Shown: piece after piece, positions 1 through 13,071 of the stretch
How the letters are laid out: every line of letters begins with the position of its first letter
How positions within the stretch are numbered: position 1 is the stretch's first letter
Source of the DNA: Klebsormidium nitens
Taxonomy: Eukaryota > Plantae > Klebsormidiophyceae
Assembly: GCA_000708835.1 (NCBI GenBank)
Contig: DF236975.1
Coordinates: forward strand, 291,236 to 355,235
DNA length: 64,000 bases
Reading direction: 5' to 3'
The notes under the pieces: model-generated
Databases searched by the model: none
The model's input: only the letters and a program-made list of their open reading frames with translations
Told to the model about the DNA's origin: nothing
Made by a program: the position numbers and the translations under genes

Positions 1-3000
1 TTTCGTCTCGTCAGATGCTCTAACGCCTCATGAAGAAATCAGAGAGGTCCAAGTCACGCACGCAAGTGACACGTACAGCAAGAGGAGGCGTTTACTTTAC
101 GAGAACTACGGCACCTTCTTCTTTTGACCACTGTAAAGATAGGGCATCTTGCATAGCATACCTGACGCAAACGCTAAGGTGAGACTCGCTCGGCAGGTCA
201 AGGGACGGCTTCCATAGTTCTTCTGATTTTCGCAGTTGTAGTCAGCAGAGATAGAAATAAACTTAACTCAAGCCAAGGTCGCATGGTCTGATCACTAATA
301 GGCCAGTAAAAAAGCAGGACCCTTAAAGATGCATGTGGAGTACAAAAGAGGTTGCGTGTGAAGTCGACTCTTGGAGCTTTCGCTGCAGGTGTCAGATGTG
401 CAGGTTGGATCGATCAGAATGGGTTTGAGCTGAGTTTCGAGTTAAGCCATGCCGTTGCCGGACTGCGACGGCAAAGACAATAGCCATTGGTCTCATGCGA
501 GGCACCCGCCCCGCAGTGGACGAGCTTCTCAATGAATTCAATCTGTATAGATGTTTCTTTTCAGAAGGCAATAAGAAGCTTTTTGCAATGACGGTCGAAA
601 AGACTTATTGACCGGTCAATTATTAGTTCAGGGTAGCATGATGCCAAAATGTCGGAGTGCAAGCAAGAAGCGCATAAAATTGCACTTGAATCTGAAGCCA
701 ACCCTTCTTCGAAACTGATGTAATCAGGTGGAGAGACGACGAGCTCCCCATGAGCTCAGGCGGCCCTTGGGCTGGCTCGTCTGAGATCAAGTCCCTATCA
801 TCAACCCCCTGTCACGACTGCACCGGCCTGGCCAACGGGTGAACCACATGCAATTGAGCCGTAAGTATGATTAGTGATTGAGATCAGCAATCTTCGATGT
901 ATTATATGAGATCCTGATCCCTATTAATGGGCCGTTGTAGGCTACGGTGAGAGTAGCAAACGCGCCTGCGGGCCAATCATGATCATGATCATGCATGAGT
1001 TGGGGTTTCCTGGGGACCAATGAGTATTACGGTTGGATCAAGAGCTCGAAAAGGGATATCAAACACTTCGAAATGGTCAAAGTATCATGCCATGCGTAGC
1101 TCGATCCACGAAGTCGTCACTTTGACCCATTAACCGTATCAGCTTATTTAAACTGGAACCGGCCTACACTCGTGAATTACTCTGGCAAAAAACAAGACGG
1201 ATTCTTCAGAATAAAACGCTACGTCGCGACTGAGCAGTCAGAAATTCGAAAAAGCGGAAACTCTGGTTTGAGATGCGGGAAAAGCGCTCGGGTTGGGCTC
1301 GGGACCATGTCGACGGACTCCACTGGAACTCTGTGCTTCGGTTTGCTTAGGAACTAGTTTAGGGCAGGAAGGCGCCACACATCTGCCATGATTCACTCCG
1401 GCACTGTCATCGTCTCGAACAGATGGTGTCCGGCCAGTAGATCACAAGCTGAGCCTGCAAACTCACGGATGCGCGCACGCGCGGCCGGCCGCGTCAGCGA
1501 CTACCATGCGCGCGCCGGGCCACGTGTGCAAAGTTGTACAACCGTCGATGGACACCGATATACTCACGTGACCGGCGCGCAGCCGTCCGATGGGGAGAAG
1601 TTCAATGCGCGCGTGGAGAATGTATTTGCGTGTGTCCGATGACCTCTGGCAGTGACACAGGAGGTTGAACGATCCGGACTTAGTATACTAGTAGTAGTAC
1701 TATTACTAGGATTATGAGCCTGCAGGTCCAGGTGGAGGTCTAGTCCTAAGCCGAGGCTTGAGCAAACTCAAACTTTGAAACTTCAAAGAGTCAGGGCGAT
1801 GCACCTTCATGCGGTGGACCGCCCTGGCAGTCCCAAGCATGGGGCCCAAGGTACGTACGTATGTGGTACGTATCACATTATTCTGTAATACGCCTAGATG
1901 AGCATCTATATTGAGCTAGCCCTGATGCCCTATGATCCAAAAATAGCTGCAGGCTGCTCAGAGCTGCTACAGAAGTTTCAGTGCAAGTTGCAGAGCGAGG
2001 CGTCAGAGTTGATTCAGTGGCATTGCATGTAAGACAAGGCAGTCTTCGCTGTAGAGGGAGGTTTGGTAGGTTCGGGGGCCAGCCAGCTATACATAGTAAT
2101 TGATTGAAGGGATGGCATTGCAGTTTGAAGGATTGAGCTCGCAAGCTCGTTGCAAAGAGATCGTGGGCTGTGCGGGCTAGCTTTGTGGTTTGCACCAAAG
2201 GCAGACGAAGTGAGTGAGCACCTGAAAAGAAAAGCTGATAGGTCCAATTGGAAGTCCAAGCGTGGATCCTGGACAGGGTAATCCTCTCAATTTCTAGCGC
2301 GCAAGTTTTGCTGGCGATCAATCACCATTTGGTGGTTGAGCTGTGCAAATGCAAAGGGTCATTGCTGTCGATGCATTTGTTGTCGGGTCGAGACTAGCGG
2401 CACATCCAAGAGGTGAGCTCGCTGTTCGGCAATCAAGGCCTGACAGTCTGCGGAAAACAATGATGATACGTAGGTCCATAAAGGGCAAATCCGAGGGCCG
2501 TTGTGTAACGCAAGAGCTCGCGGACACACGCCATTCCCACACCGTTATGGAAGGTCAGTGTAGAGCTAGCTAGCTGTTCGAGCATATGACCGAGTATCCC
2601 CTAAGCCTTTTGTTTGCTGTGAAATAATGTGCTGTCAAATAATGGTTAAGCACTGGCTGCCGCCGTGTCTGGTTAATGTCTGTCTACCGAATGAACTAGT
2701 GGTCCTAGAAGATCCGGGCATAAGCTCGTAAGTCCAGCAATGTAAGGATGCAAGACTTGATGTAACGGTAACCTTCCGCTGGTGCACTGTGTACCAACTG
2801 AACTTCGTTTTCTATATAATTGTCACACGTCTGTCCTGGTCAAGAGCTGCACAAATGAGAAGGCAATAAGTGCCTCTAGAAGCTCGACACATGAAGCGTC
2901 TGTATGCTCTTCTGGTAAACACTTCTGTGGCTTCTCTGTGCAAAAAGGTTGGATTTGTAGAACCGATATTTCTTTGATTGACCTTCTGAGCCTATCCCTA

Positions 3001-3895
3001 GCTTGATGTGACAATCACCAAGGTGGAGCTTCCATCAGAGACACGTTTTACGAACAGGTGGCATTCGGTAAAGACATGTAAGAAAAGAACTTGCCAAGGG
3101 TCTGCCACCTTCAGGAACCCTCCATTGATACCACCAGGCTTGTTACCAAGTATTCAAGATGCAGTCGTGATCGCCTGGATCGAAGCAAAGGCAGAAACAA
3201 GTCATCTGCATCACGCAAATTTCACTTCGCGATCTTGGAGCTCACTTGGATCATTGATCTCTGCAGATGAAGCTTCCAACTTTGGAGGCGAACTTGATGT
3301 GGTTACCACAGCAGGCGAGCCAGCCTCTGACCAGGGGCCAATGATGAATCGAGAGTGAGTCTTTTCGCTCTGCAACTCCCATATGAGTAGATCTTTACTG
3401 GTGGTGTGGAGAAGATTCCAGTTCTGAGACTGCAGCAGCTGATTGACCCGGGGCAGATCAGCTTGTGAAGAACGCCTTGCTGTTTGGAGAACTAATCCTG
3501 GTAATTCGTTTACAAAAGCTTGTCAGATTTGAGAGCACAGTTGCACTAACTCTGGCTTACCCGTCATCTGGTGCACAGATTAGGATGGGATGAAACCCAT
3601 ATCCTTCCTTCAAATCCTCTATATGTAGCAGGTGCATAACACAGGAAGTTCTGGCAGCCAACCAGGATACATAATATTTCAGTCTTGGTTTATTGGACAG
3701 ATAACCGGTATTTAACCTTCTGTTTACCGGCCAAGTCTGGTGATGGGACATATAACGTCGTTCTGACCAGCCCATAACATTCGAGGTTATCGGCAGAGTT
3801 TCTAAGCAATGCTGACGGTGTTAACTTGCAGGTCCGTGTTCAGGACGTCGTGCGTGCAATAGCAGATGGGAGTAGGTGGAACCTCCCCTGTCAAG

Positions 3896-6800
3896 ATGGC
3901 GCCACGTGTCAAAAGCAGAGCAGTCTGGACGAGGGTGGCTCTGTCGTTGGTGGTGCTTTCGTTGGGGGTAGCAGGTAAATCAAAGGCGCGAATTTGCTTC
4001 ACAATCTGGGTCAAGCAGGTCCGCTTATTCTTGCTGTCATCATTCAGAGCACCGGAAGATGCCACGGAACTTTTGATTCGTACGGGCTCTTACAAACACT
4101 ATCTGTACAACTTGGAAAGGATTACACACTAGCATCTTTAAAGAAAGGGCATGCTTTAAGGGGACGACACTGTCTACGGAATCTGATCTGAACAGTAAAA
4201 TGTCGACGTTCAAGTGACCGGAAGCTGCACAATCGAAGCGGACCAATTCGGATCCTCCTCGGAAGGTCTTACGCCGAGTCGATGCGACAATGAGCAAATC
4301 ATGCTAGCTGCCCTTCGACATAGATAAAAGATAAGAGCTCCAAGAAGAGGCTTTTCCTTGATGACTTGCTATTCTTAGTATTGAAACTGAATTTAGAATA
4401 TCTTGTCGATCCAGACGCACGTCTTATATTTCCACCCGACTTCCCAAGTCCCCAAGGAACAGTGCGCCTGCCGACCGCGCTCGCGAACCCAATAGCCGTG
4501 GACTTCACCAAGCTGCCTCAGTATCCAAGGGCGGGCGTTACCTTCTTCACATCAAGAGTGGCGGCGATTTTGCAAGGTGCGAGTACTTTTCAACTATGAT
4601 CCTCGTGACCTCAACGGTCTGAGTGATGTTTCTACTGTACTTCCTGAGTATTTCGGGCCTTTTGAACAAGTCTTCCTATTTCACCAGCATCAGAACGGCT
4701 TGTTTTTCTTTGTCGTCTCCCAGCCGAAATCAGCCGCCTGCGTTGTAAGCTGGTTTGCCCACCTCCCCCAAGTCGAGCAGATTTTTCCAACCCGTGATTC
4801 AGCCCCTTAATCTGGGCTCCCTTTCGCCCTACAGGCTCGGTCTCTGTCCAAGTTCCACCCCCGGGCATGAACGGTCAACCGCTCCAAAAGACCTCAGTCC
4901 AGTACACGATAACCGTTGGCTGGGACGTTCTCCAAGTCACCATCGTAGCCGCCGACCAGCCGCTCTACCTGAACCAGCAGAAGATCCCCCCAGGGCAAAA
5001 GTCGAGCCCGGTTTACCTCGTCGGCCAAGTCACGATCCTCTCGGTCCTCGCAACCACCGCCCAAGACGTCGCTTTGCGGACGTACGTCATCTACGTTTAC
5101 CGTCCGGGGGCTCCCCCCGGGCTGGAACTCCCCTCCGCTCCACCAGTAGGAACCGCGCCCGCTTCGGGGGGGTCTACCAGCCCCCCGGCGGTGATCATTC
5201 CTGGAGCCCCTTCCCCCCCAAAAACCCCCACAGGAACACGAAAACCGCGGCCCCCCCGGACGTCCGCCCCCGTGTTTCCGCCCGGGGGATCCCCCTCTCC
5301 ACCCTCGCAAGGGGCACAAACGCCCCCCTCGGCGAATAGCCCCCCGGGGGCGACCTCCGGTCCATCCAACCCGGTTCCAAACCCGGTCTCCACGCCTGGG
5401 GGATCCCCCTCCCCCGGAGCAAGTGCTCCGAACACTCCTTCTGGGGGTGTTCCGGGGGCAACGCAGAGTGGTCCGCCTGCTTCGGGGGGATCCCCGGGGG
5501 GCAGTGGGTCTAACGGCGGGAGCACACCAGCCCCAAGCAGCGGAGGGGGTTCGCCGCCAGGGGGCAGCACGGGTGGCCCCCCCGGTTCGGGGGGCAGCAC
5601 TTCCGCCCCTGGTCCGAGCGTAAGCGGCCCCCCTGGATCTGCGTCGGGGGGCGGCACAAGCGGCCCCCCTGGAACTGGAGCGGGGGGCACGAACGCCCCC
5701 ACAAGCACTGGTGGGGGGACCCCTGACTCTGGTAGTGGCACCGGGGGGAGTCCTGGGACAGGGGGACAGGGCACGGGCAGCGGAAGCCCAACGCAAACCC
5801 CCGGAAGTGGAAGCGGAACCGGAAGCAGCAACGGGGGAACTAACTCTCCAGGGGGGAGCGGTTCGAGCCCAGGGGGGGGCACGACGCCCTCTCCCTCCAG
5901 CCCGAGCAGTGGGGGAAGCCAAGCCCCCCCGGGGCTCAAGGACCCCCCGGAAACGGGAATGGCAGTGGAGGTAATGGGGGTTCTGGAAGTGGGGGGACTC
6001 CAAGCACCGGGGCGCCTGGCAGCGGTGGGGGGGGCGACGGTGGGAGTGGGGGAAGTACTGCGGCCCCGGGAGGTAACGGGGGGGCAGGCGGGACTGGAAG
6101 CCCCCCGCCCGAAGAAGGATCACCGACGCCGGCGGGAAGTCCCAACAGCCCAGGACAAGGTGAGTTTCGAGCAGCGGGATGAGTAGGGGCTGACCAGGTT
6201 CTGCTCACTGTTCACGTCTCTTGCTTGATTCGTGAGCGGAGAATTGGAAGCTCAGTGTCCGTTTGCTTGCAGTTTAGAACTGAATAGCCATGTTTAGAAA
6301 CGATTCCGGTTTGAAGCAGCTTTAACGTGATTCGGGAGCCCGTCTTCAATCTCGGTTGACGGCCTGGTGTGCTCATGGTTACGCATTGAACACAAGCAAT
6401 CAAGAAACAATTGCCTGGGCTGGATCGCTTTTCGAACACAGCGGATCTCCCCAACTAAAACAATCAGTCGACTCCGCTCTCTTTGAGTCCCTTCGGCCCT
6501 TAGATTTGCTTGCCGGTTTTGGAGCCAATTTGAAAAGTTCGCGTGCTCGTTATTCTGGTAGCGAAGGGTGCTAGCGCTATTATGCCAAGCGCTGCTTAAT
6601 AGGACGAATCCGAGAGGCAAACCTGCTTTGGGAGCTGGTCTGAACTCAAGGTGCTCTGCTTTCGGCTTCCTTCGTCTAACGAAAAACTAAGAATCCCAAG
6701 TATTTGAACCTTTGGGGTGTCACCCCAAAGCTTTCTCCATCTTGTTGCATTTGGCGACCGTGCGGAGCGGCCAAAATTGTGCAACGTATTTGGCTTTCGT

Positions 6801-9800
6801 ACGAACCGCATGGGAATCCAGCAACGCACTTTTCAGAAACTTCCTGCCGTTACAGGTGATCGACAAGGGTTTCGAGAATCTACGCTTCGGAATGGGGAGT
6901 TGAATGTAGACCCCTCTCGTCGCCTAGTGCGAGTCGTCCGCAAAGTGCCAGCCAAGTTCTAGTCTTTTTTTTACAATTTAGCTACTAACATGATTTCGAT
7001 CATCAGAATACTTGCAAGTTTGGTATCGCGCGCACTCAGGATACACGAAACTGCTTCTCAAGCGAGTGTAGAGCTGGCGGCCTCTCTCCCTTGAGGGTTC
7101 CAGCAAGTGGATGATATGTGTCTGTTGCGAATCCATGTTGTAGAAAGTATTACGAAGATGCAGTATGAACTTTCGGGCAAGTTGGAATGTTCCACGACGT
7201 TTACGTGTATTCAAATGGTCCGCCTTGATCAACTGTCAGCGCCGGACGGTTCTATTCACGCATTGAACGCTTAAGGACACATACTGTAAGAGGTGTTTTA
7301 CCGGTGACGTACACGTCCGCCAAGGCAAGGAGCTCAATCTTTATTATCAAGTATCCAACTCATGTTTTCTGTAGATGTGAGGTAGGTCTTGGCCAGCTTT
7401 CAAGCTGATCATCAACTTTCTGGCTGGAACATCAAAACCAAACATTCTTCTACCTACTACGAAAGGATTGAACAAGCATATGAGTACCTCTGATCCGTCG
7501 GTTTGCAGGCAACCCCGGCAGCACTCCTTCGCAGCCGCCGCATGGGGGGGCTTCGGGACCCACTCCCGAGCAAGGGGGGGTCAGCACCAACAGCCCCGGT
7601 GGGGGGGGCAGCACGCCAAGCCCCGGGGGAAGCAGTTCGCCCGGCGGAACAGGATCCCCGGGCAGCGGAAGCCCCCCCGCTGGGAATGGGGGGGGAAGTG
7701 GCACCCCCCCAGAAGGAAACGGGGAGGCGAGTGGAAGCCCTCCAGGAGGAAACGGAGGGGCGAATGGCAGCCCCCCGGAAGAAAACGGGGGGACGAACGG
7801 CAGCCCGCCAGGAGGCAATGGGGGGGTCAATGGCAGCCCCCAAGGAGGCAATGGGGGCGTGAATGGAAGCCCCCCGGAAGGGAACCTGGGGGGATCTGGC
7901 AGCCCACCCGGCGGAAACGGAGGAGCGATTGGCAGCCCCCCGGGAGGGATCGGAGGCGCGATTGGCAGCCCCCCGGGCGGGCACTGGACCCCCCCGAGCG
8001 AAACAGGGGGGAGTGGCAGCCCACCATCGAGTGGAAACGGCGGCGGAAGCCCGCCAGACGGGTCCGGAGGAACAGGAAGCCCGGGAAGCGGAAGCGGAAG
8101 CAACAGCCCACCGGAAAGCCCCCCGACCGACGCACCCGGCGCAGGTGGGTCTCCGACGGAGTGGCCAGCGCCCCCTGCTGATGGGCCCGCCGGCGGTCCT
8201 TCCGTTGGCAGCCCTCCGGATTCCGCTGGCCAGCCGACCGCGTCTCCTGGGAGCGGAACCGGGGCACCAGGCGAAGCCGCAGGCGCTGAAGGCCCGGCCG
8301 AAGCCCCGTCAGAAAGTCCGTCAGAAAGTCCGTCAGGTGCCCCGGGGGGGCCGATCTGCGTCGGCGCTTGCAACCCGGGCGGTGGGGCGGAGATCATCGT
8401 GACCGGTCAGGCGTTCGACAGTTACCTGCAGTCGTGCACCACGTTTGTGGACGTCAACGGAAACGGAATCCAAGATGCCGACGAGCCGAGCGGAATGACG
8501 GACCTCTTCGGGCAGTTCAACTTGTCGACCCCGGTGTACGCCCCCCTGGTTTTGCTAGCGGGGGGGGAGTGCACTGACGCCGCGACCGGGGTGCTTCTAC
8601 CGGGCATTCTTTCCGCCCCTCCGGGAGCAACCGTGATAACCCCATTAACCACGTTGATAACCCAACTAGGCACGCGACAGAACATCGAAGCGGTAGCGGC
8701 GGAGCGCATCTTGGCAGAGGGTCTCGGGCTCAACGTGAGCGCGGCGCTCACGCTGACGTCGACTGACGTCATCGCGGCCGTGCTCGCGACCCAGGACGGC
8801 GCCGCGGCGCGCGTGGTGGTGCAGAACACGCGCGCGCAGAACGTCGCCGCGATGGCGGCCGCGCTGATGTCGGCCGGAGGCGACCGCGCGGCGGGCGCGG
8901 CCGCGACGTTCGGCTCGTTGGCGGACGCCATCTGGACGCTGCCGACTCCGGACAGCGGAACGGCTCAAGGGAGCGGCACGAGCGAAGGCGACGAAACGGA
9001 TGCACAGCTTGCAACAGAAGCCAACAACGATACGACCGGGGGATCGAGCCCGGGAGCCGGCCAGGCCAGCCTGCAGCTTCGGCGGTTGCTGGGGATGCTC
9101 TCTGAGGGTTCCCCCGGGGGTTCGATTGGCAACTTGGACTCTCGGAGAAGCATGACCGGGGTTGACGTCACTGTGGAGGACGGGTGTAAAGAGGGCGGTC
9201 TCGAAAGGCGGCCTCACTGCTCGCGTCGAGTCGAAGCGGGAACAAGCGGAATGAACGCAGAGCTTGAAGAGATGACTGCGTCGCGGCAAGGGTCGGGCCT
9301 GGAAGGAGATTCGAGCAACGGAAGACAGAATCTTAAAGGTCGGAAAGGAAGAAAGTTACGGCGCTTGTTGCAGGACGAAGCGGATGCGTCTGATAAGACA
9401 GCGGATTCGCCTGCCGATCTGACCGACCCAGTCTTTCTAGAGTCCGCTTTAGAAGGGGCGTACAAACTGTTGTCAAATACTTCGGTCCGGGGTTTGCAAC
9501 CGATGACGTCAACCAACGACAGCACTTTTGGCGCGCCGGCACTATCGGCCGACGACTTTGCGCTGGCGGCTTCGGCGATGGGGGTCGCAAACGCCGCCAT
9601 GGACGCCCCCCTGGAAGCGTTTCTGCAGCTCAACCTGGCCGGTAATACCAACCGGTCCGCAGCGATCGAGTTTCTGAACGAGATCTGGCGCCGCGCGAAG
9701 GTCGCGCAGTCGAACTTCGCGGACGTGCTCGTGCAACTAGGCGCGGGAGAGATCAACCGCACCGCGGCCGCGGCCGCGCTCTCGCCGGCCGCGTTCGAAA

Positions 9801-10954
9801 GCCTCGTGGCCAATACCACGCTCTTGGTATCTTCCGGGGGGGGCCAAGCGTCGCTTCAGGCGCAGACTGGGGCGCCCCCCCCTCCGGGAGTGATCGAGTT
9901 GCCGGGGAGTGTGGTCGGGGGAAAGCACCGGGCGAAGTCGTGGGTGTGGATCGTGATCGGGGTGGCGGTCGGAGTGGGCGGATTGCTGCTCTGCTGCTGC
10001 TGCGGGGGGGTGGCGTACTACTGCTACAGAAGGAAGAAGAGTGAGCGATCAAACCCCCGGAACGGAAACTTTTGTCGGTTGTTACAGACTATTTCGTTCG
10101 CAAGCGAATTCGGTCGAAATAGAGCGAAACGCTCCCTTAGAGATATAACAGTTCCTCCTTAATTCTGATAGACCGTTCGGTCTTCATTCGACCCACAGAA
10201 GGTTTGAAATCTGTCAAGAAGATGGGACCCTATCCATGATCCTCAAAAGCCGATGTGTCTTGTAGGTCAAATCGTTCCTCCTTCCTCTAGATGCGGCAGT
10301 CAAATTGAACTCGCATGGATCACCCCAATCCGTTCGTGCATCAGGACATGTATTTACTAACTTTCTTCGTGTCAAGCCTCATAAACAGCGTGGAACTACG
10401 TTATTTTCTACTGTTGCTCAACACAAGAGGCCTGCGAAACTGGTGGACTTTGTCCTCGTGACTTGAACGCTCTCCTTCCACGTATTCAAAGCGTCGAACC
10501 TTACCGAAGAGCATCGAAGGATACTTGTCCTGACTCACTTTCTGCTTTCGCGCGCAAAGGGACGAATCCCAGTCTGTTAGGACGAGTTTTTCGACCCACT
10601 CTTTCTCTCTCTTCTTCAGACCGCCGAACGGGCCACCGGGGTGCCGACCCCGAGCAAGGCCCGCCCATCAGCCCCCGTCGCTGGCCGTGGAGTCCCCGCC
10701 CGGTGGCTTCCTCCGACCACTCAACACCGCCCACAGAGGAATCCCCCGACGTGGCCTCCCCGGTAGAAAGTCCCCCGGTTTCGCCCGGGGCAATTCTCCG
10801 GAGCCATAGCATAGCCCTTCCCCCGAGCACGCACTTATTACCGGTGGCCGCCCAAGCGGAAACCGCGCGAGAGGCGCCGCCGGGGGTGGACGAAACGCCG
10901 CAGGAGACGGCGTTTTCGACCCCCCGGTCCGGGATCTCGTCCGATTCGGACTGA
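3896..10954 (+). CDS. Large single-pass (type I) cell-surface protein: probable signal peptide, cadherin-like beta-sandwich, long Pro/Gly/Ser stalk, SdrD-B-like Ca-binding module, TM helix with Cys cluster, Pro/Ser-rich cytoplasmic tail; carries an apparent assembly frameshift
   Basis: Putative exon 3896-3974 (MAPRVKSRAVWTRVALSLVVLSLGVA, gt at 3975). Exon ending 4576 (phase 1) joins exon 4835-6159 (…SVQYTITVGWDVLQVTIV…LRTYVIYVYR, then PGS repeats). Intron 6160-7508 (gtgagt…tttgcag). Exon 7509-10040 contains FVDVNGNGIQDADEPSG…VITPLTTL and the TM WVWIVIGVAVGVGGLLLCCCCGGVAYYCYRRKK. Intron 10041-10619 (phase 1 on both sides). Last exon 10620-10954. One base appears to be missing at ~5924-5934. 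Exon structure between 3975 and ~4414 is unresolved. Confidence 0.8.
7667..7985 (+). repeat. Coding tandem repeat, ~30-nt unit encoding GSPPGGNGG(A/V/T)N-like decapeptides
   Basis: Translation in the frame of the 7509-10040 exon gives GSPPAGNGGGS-GTPPEGNGEAS-GSPPGGNGGAN-GSPPEENGGTN-GSPPGGNGGVN-GSPQGGNGGVN-GSPPEGNLGGS-GSPPGGNGGAI-GSPPGGIGGAI-GSPPGG. Confidence 0.85.
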
Positions 10955-13071
10955 GAAAAGGGACCCGGTTTATCGATAGGACTGCGGCACGCTTACAGCT
11001 TGTAAAGGTTTAGGACGGCGTAGGGAAAGCAGAAGCTTTCGCGAACTAACTTGAATGAAGCGGATTATGGTAGAGAACAGTCTCATAAACAGTATCATGG
11101 CTGAGAGCTTGAGCTAGGGAGGCGTGCAATAAGGGCTCATTGGCCCCTTGAGAAGTCGGGATAAAATGCACCGTGCTTAACATAAGCGCAGACGGTCAGC
11201 CGAAGCTGACTTTGAGAGCGCAGGGTGCTATACTACGAACGTTCTGTCAAAGCGAAGGCACGCATTTGAGTTTCTGAGTAGTTGCGAAAGGTAGCTAGAA
11301 AGGCTTGGTACGATGCATAGCGGGTGATGCCTCTTTCAGATCTCGTGGTTTGCAGCTAGAGCGAGTATCGTTGCGGCACGTGTGGTTGAATCTTTGAGAC
11401 ACCTCCGCCTACGGATAGACGGGTACCATTCCGATTCCCGGCCTTGGTCTCTAACTTGTACGGACATGCTTATACCTGAGGACGTCAGTGTTATCGCCCG
11501 GGCGGTCACGAACCTTCCAGTATTGTCTCGAAGTACTGCAATCGTTCGAGCGCGTCGGAAGGCTTGTCACAATGCCGTCACACCGGAGTATTGAGCTTGG
11601 TCGTTCAGAATGAAAAGCTTTTGATACCGCGCTGTAGTCTCAGTCCTTCAACGCGGACGGTTGACATAAACTTTCTTCAATCCAGGGAGCCGGCATCGAA
11701 GCGAAAGATATCACAAAGGCAAAACCTATCACAACATCGCTCACTGTACCTGTTCTCTGAGCTAGTCGCTCTCGTGTGGCTCCTGAGTCGTGTTCCTGAG
11801 ACAATGAAGCGCCCTACAGATTGGTAGATTTTTTCGCAAGTAAGCGTGGGTTCCAGGGTGCGGAGCGTTCCACTATAATTGTAACGGTTACAATGTAAAT
11901 AGACCTGTTTGCGGAAAATGTAGCCGACACAGGCCCCACAGGCACACGAAAACCGTCTGTTCGTTGATCTCTCCCCGAAACCTCATCCTATATCTACTAG
12001 TAGCTCGAAGCCACTAGTAGAACCGCCCAAGCGTACCAGCTGACACGTGCTTCTTGAAGTGGTTGGACCAGCTTGAGTGCAGCCAGAGAATTGTTGAGCC
12101 CCTCTACGACCTGAAAACTTCATTGCCGATCGCGTTTTCATATTCGTTCCTGCTTCCACTCGTCCTCGGATGAACTTCGGGAAATAGAGCCATGAGGACG
12201 GCTTGCGCTCTTTTCACGCCGTCATATTTCAACGCAGGACTGCTTCGCGGATGCCTCGGCACAATTGACTCGAAAAGAACTGCGAACTTCCCAGGACAAA
12301 CTCGGGAAAGCTTTGACGCTTCCCGAATTATTCAACTGTGCATGACTGTACTTATGCTCTGCGGTGCGCGCCCGCCAACGAATTATTCGTTTGCAATATT
12401 GAGTGTGTGGGTCGAGGACGCACGATTATCACTCTTAAAAAATAAAATGGAGGTCATTTCACGCACTGCACGGCGTATCAGTGAAGAGCCGAACATGGCG
12501 AGTCGACCTGACCTTGTCGCAGTGTGTGCCAAGATGGAAATACTAACGGCTTGAGAGCAAGATGGGCCCGTCAGCACAACGACGGTTTGCTACGAGGTAC
12601 CTTGCAGACAACTTCATCTGCTCGAGTTCAATAGTGCGGCACTTGTCGAAGGAGGGCAATCTGCGTCCTGGCTGACGAGTTCAGATCAGCAGTACTATCA
12701 ACTATCATGCTGGCGCGCCATTCCGGCCCAAGTAATCTGAAAGATGAGTGAATCACAGTTTGACGTTCCTCCCTAGCCGAACCCTTTGCCCTAATTTTCC
12801 ATATCAGCTACTTTCTAAGTTCCTTTCCATCGCCTCTACCGGCTGCCATGCAAGATCCAAAACGCCCTGCAGACCTGACTTGGGGGCAAGACGTCTTTGC
12901 GCGCGAGCGCGAACGCGAGCGCCCAAGTATTGACCGGAGACTGGTTTATCTCGAAACTGGAGGTTTACGGCGCTAGAACAATCAGCCAGCCTTAGTTCCG
13001 GTTTGTTAATATTTGAAAGTATTACCTGGGTTAGAGCTAACGGGAACTCTAGGGTTGTTGCCTTGCAGAGC

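Noticed and set aside
1878-3360. Possible degenerate LINE zinc-knuckle remnants (CLTCNATES; HVFTEC on the minus strand)
   Set aside because: Motifs are not in CCHC spacing or a common frame, and no RT or endonuclease motifs were found.
4894-8397. Long antisense or alternative-frame ORFs (4894-6123, 5097-5939, 7450-8397, 7468-8181)
   Set aside because: Shadow ORFs of GC-rich Gly/Pro codon repeats in the surface-protein gene.
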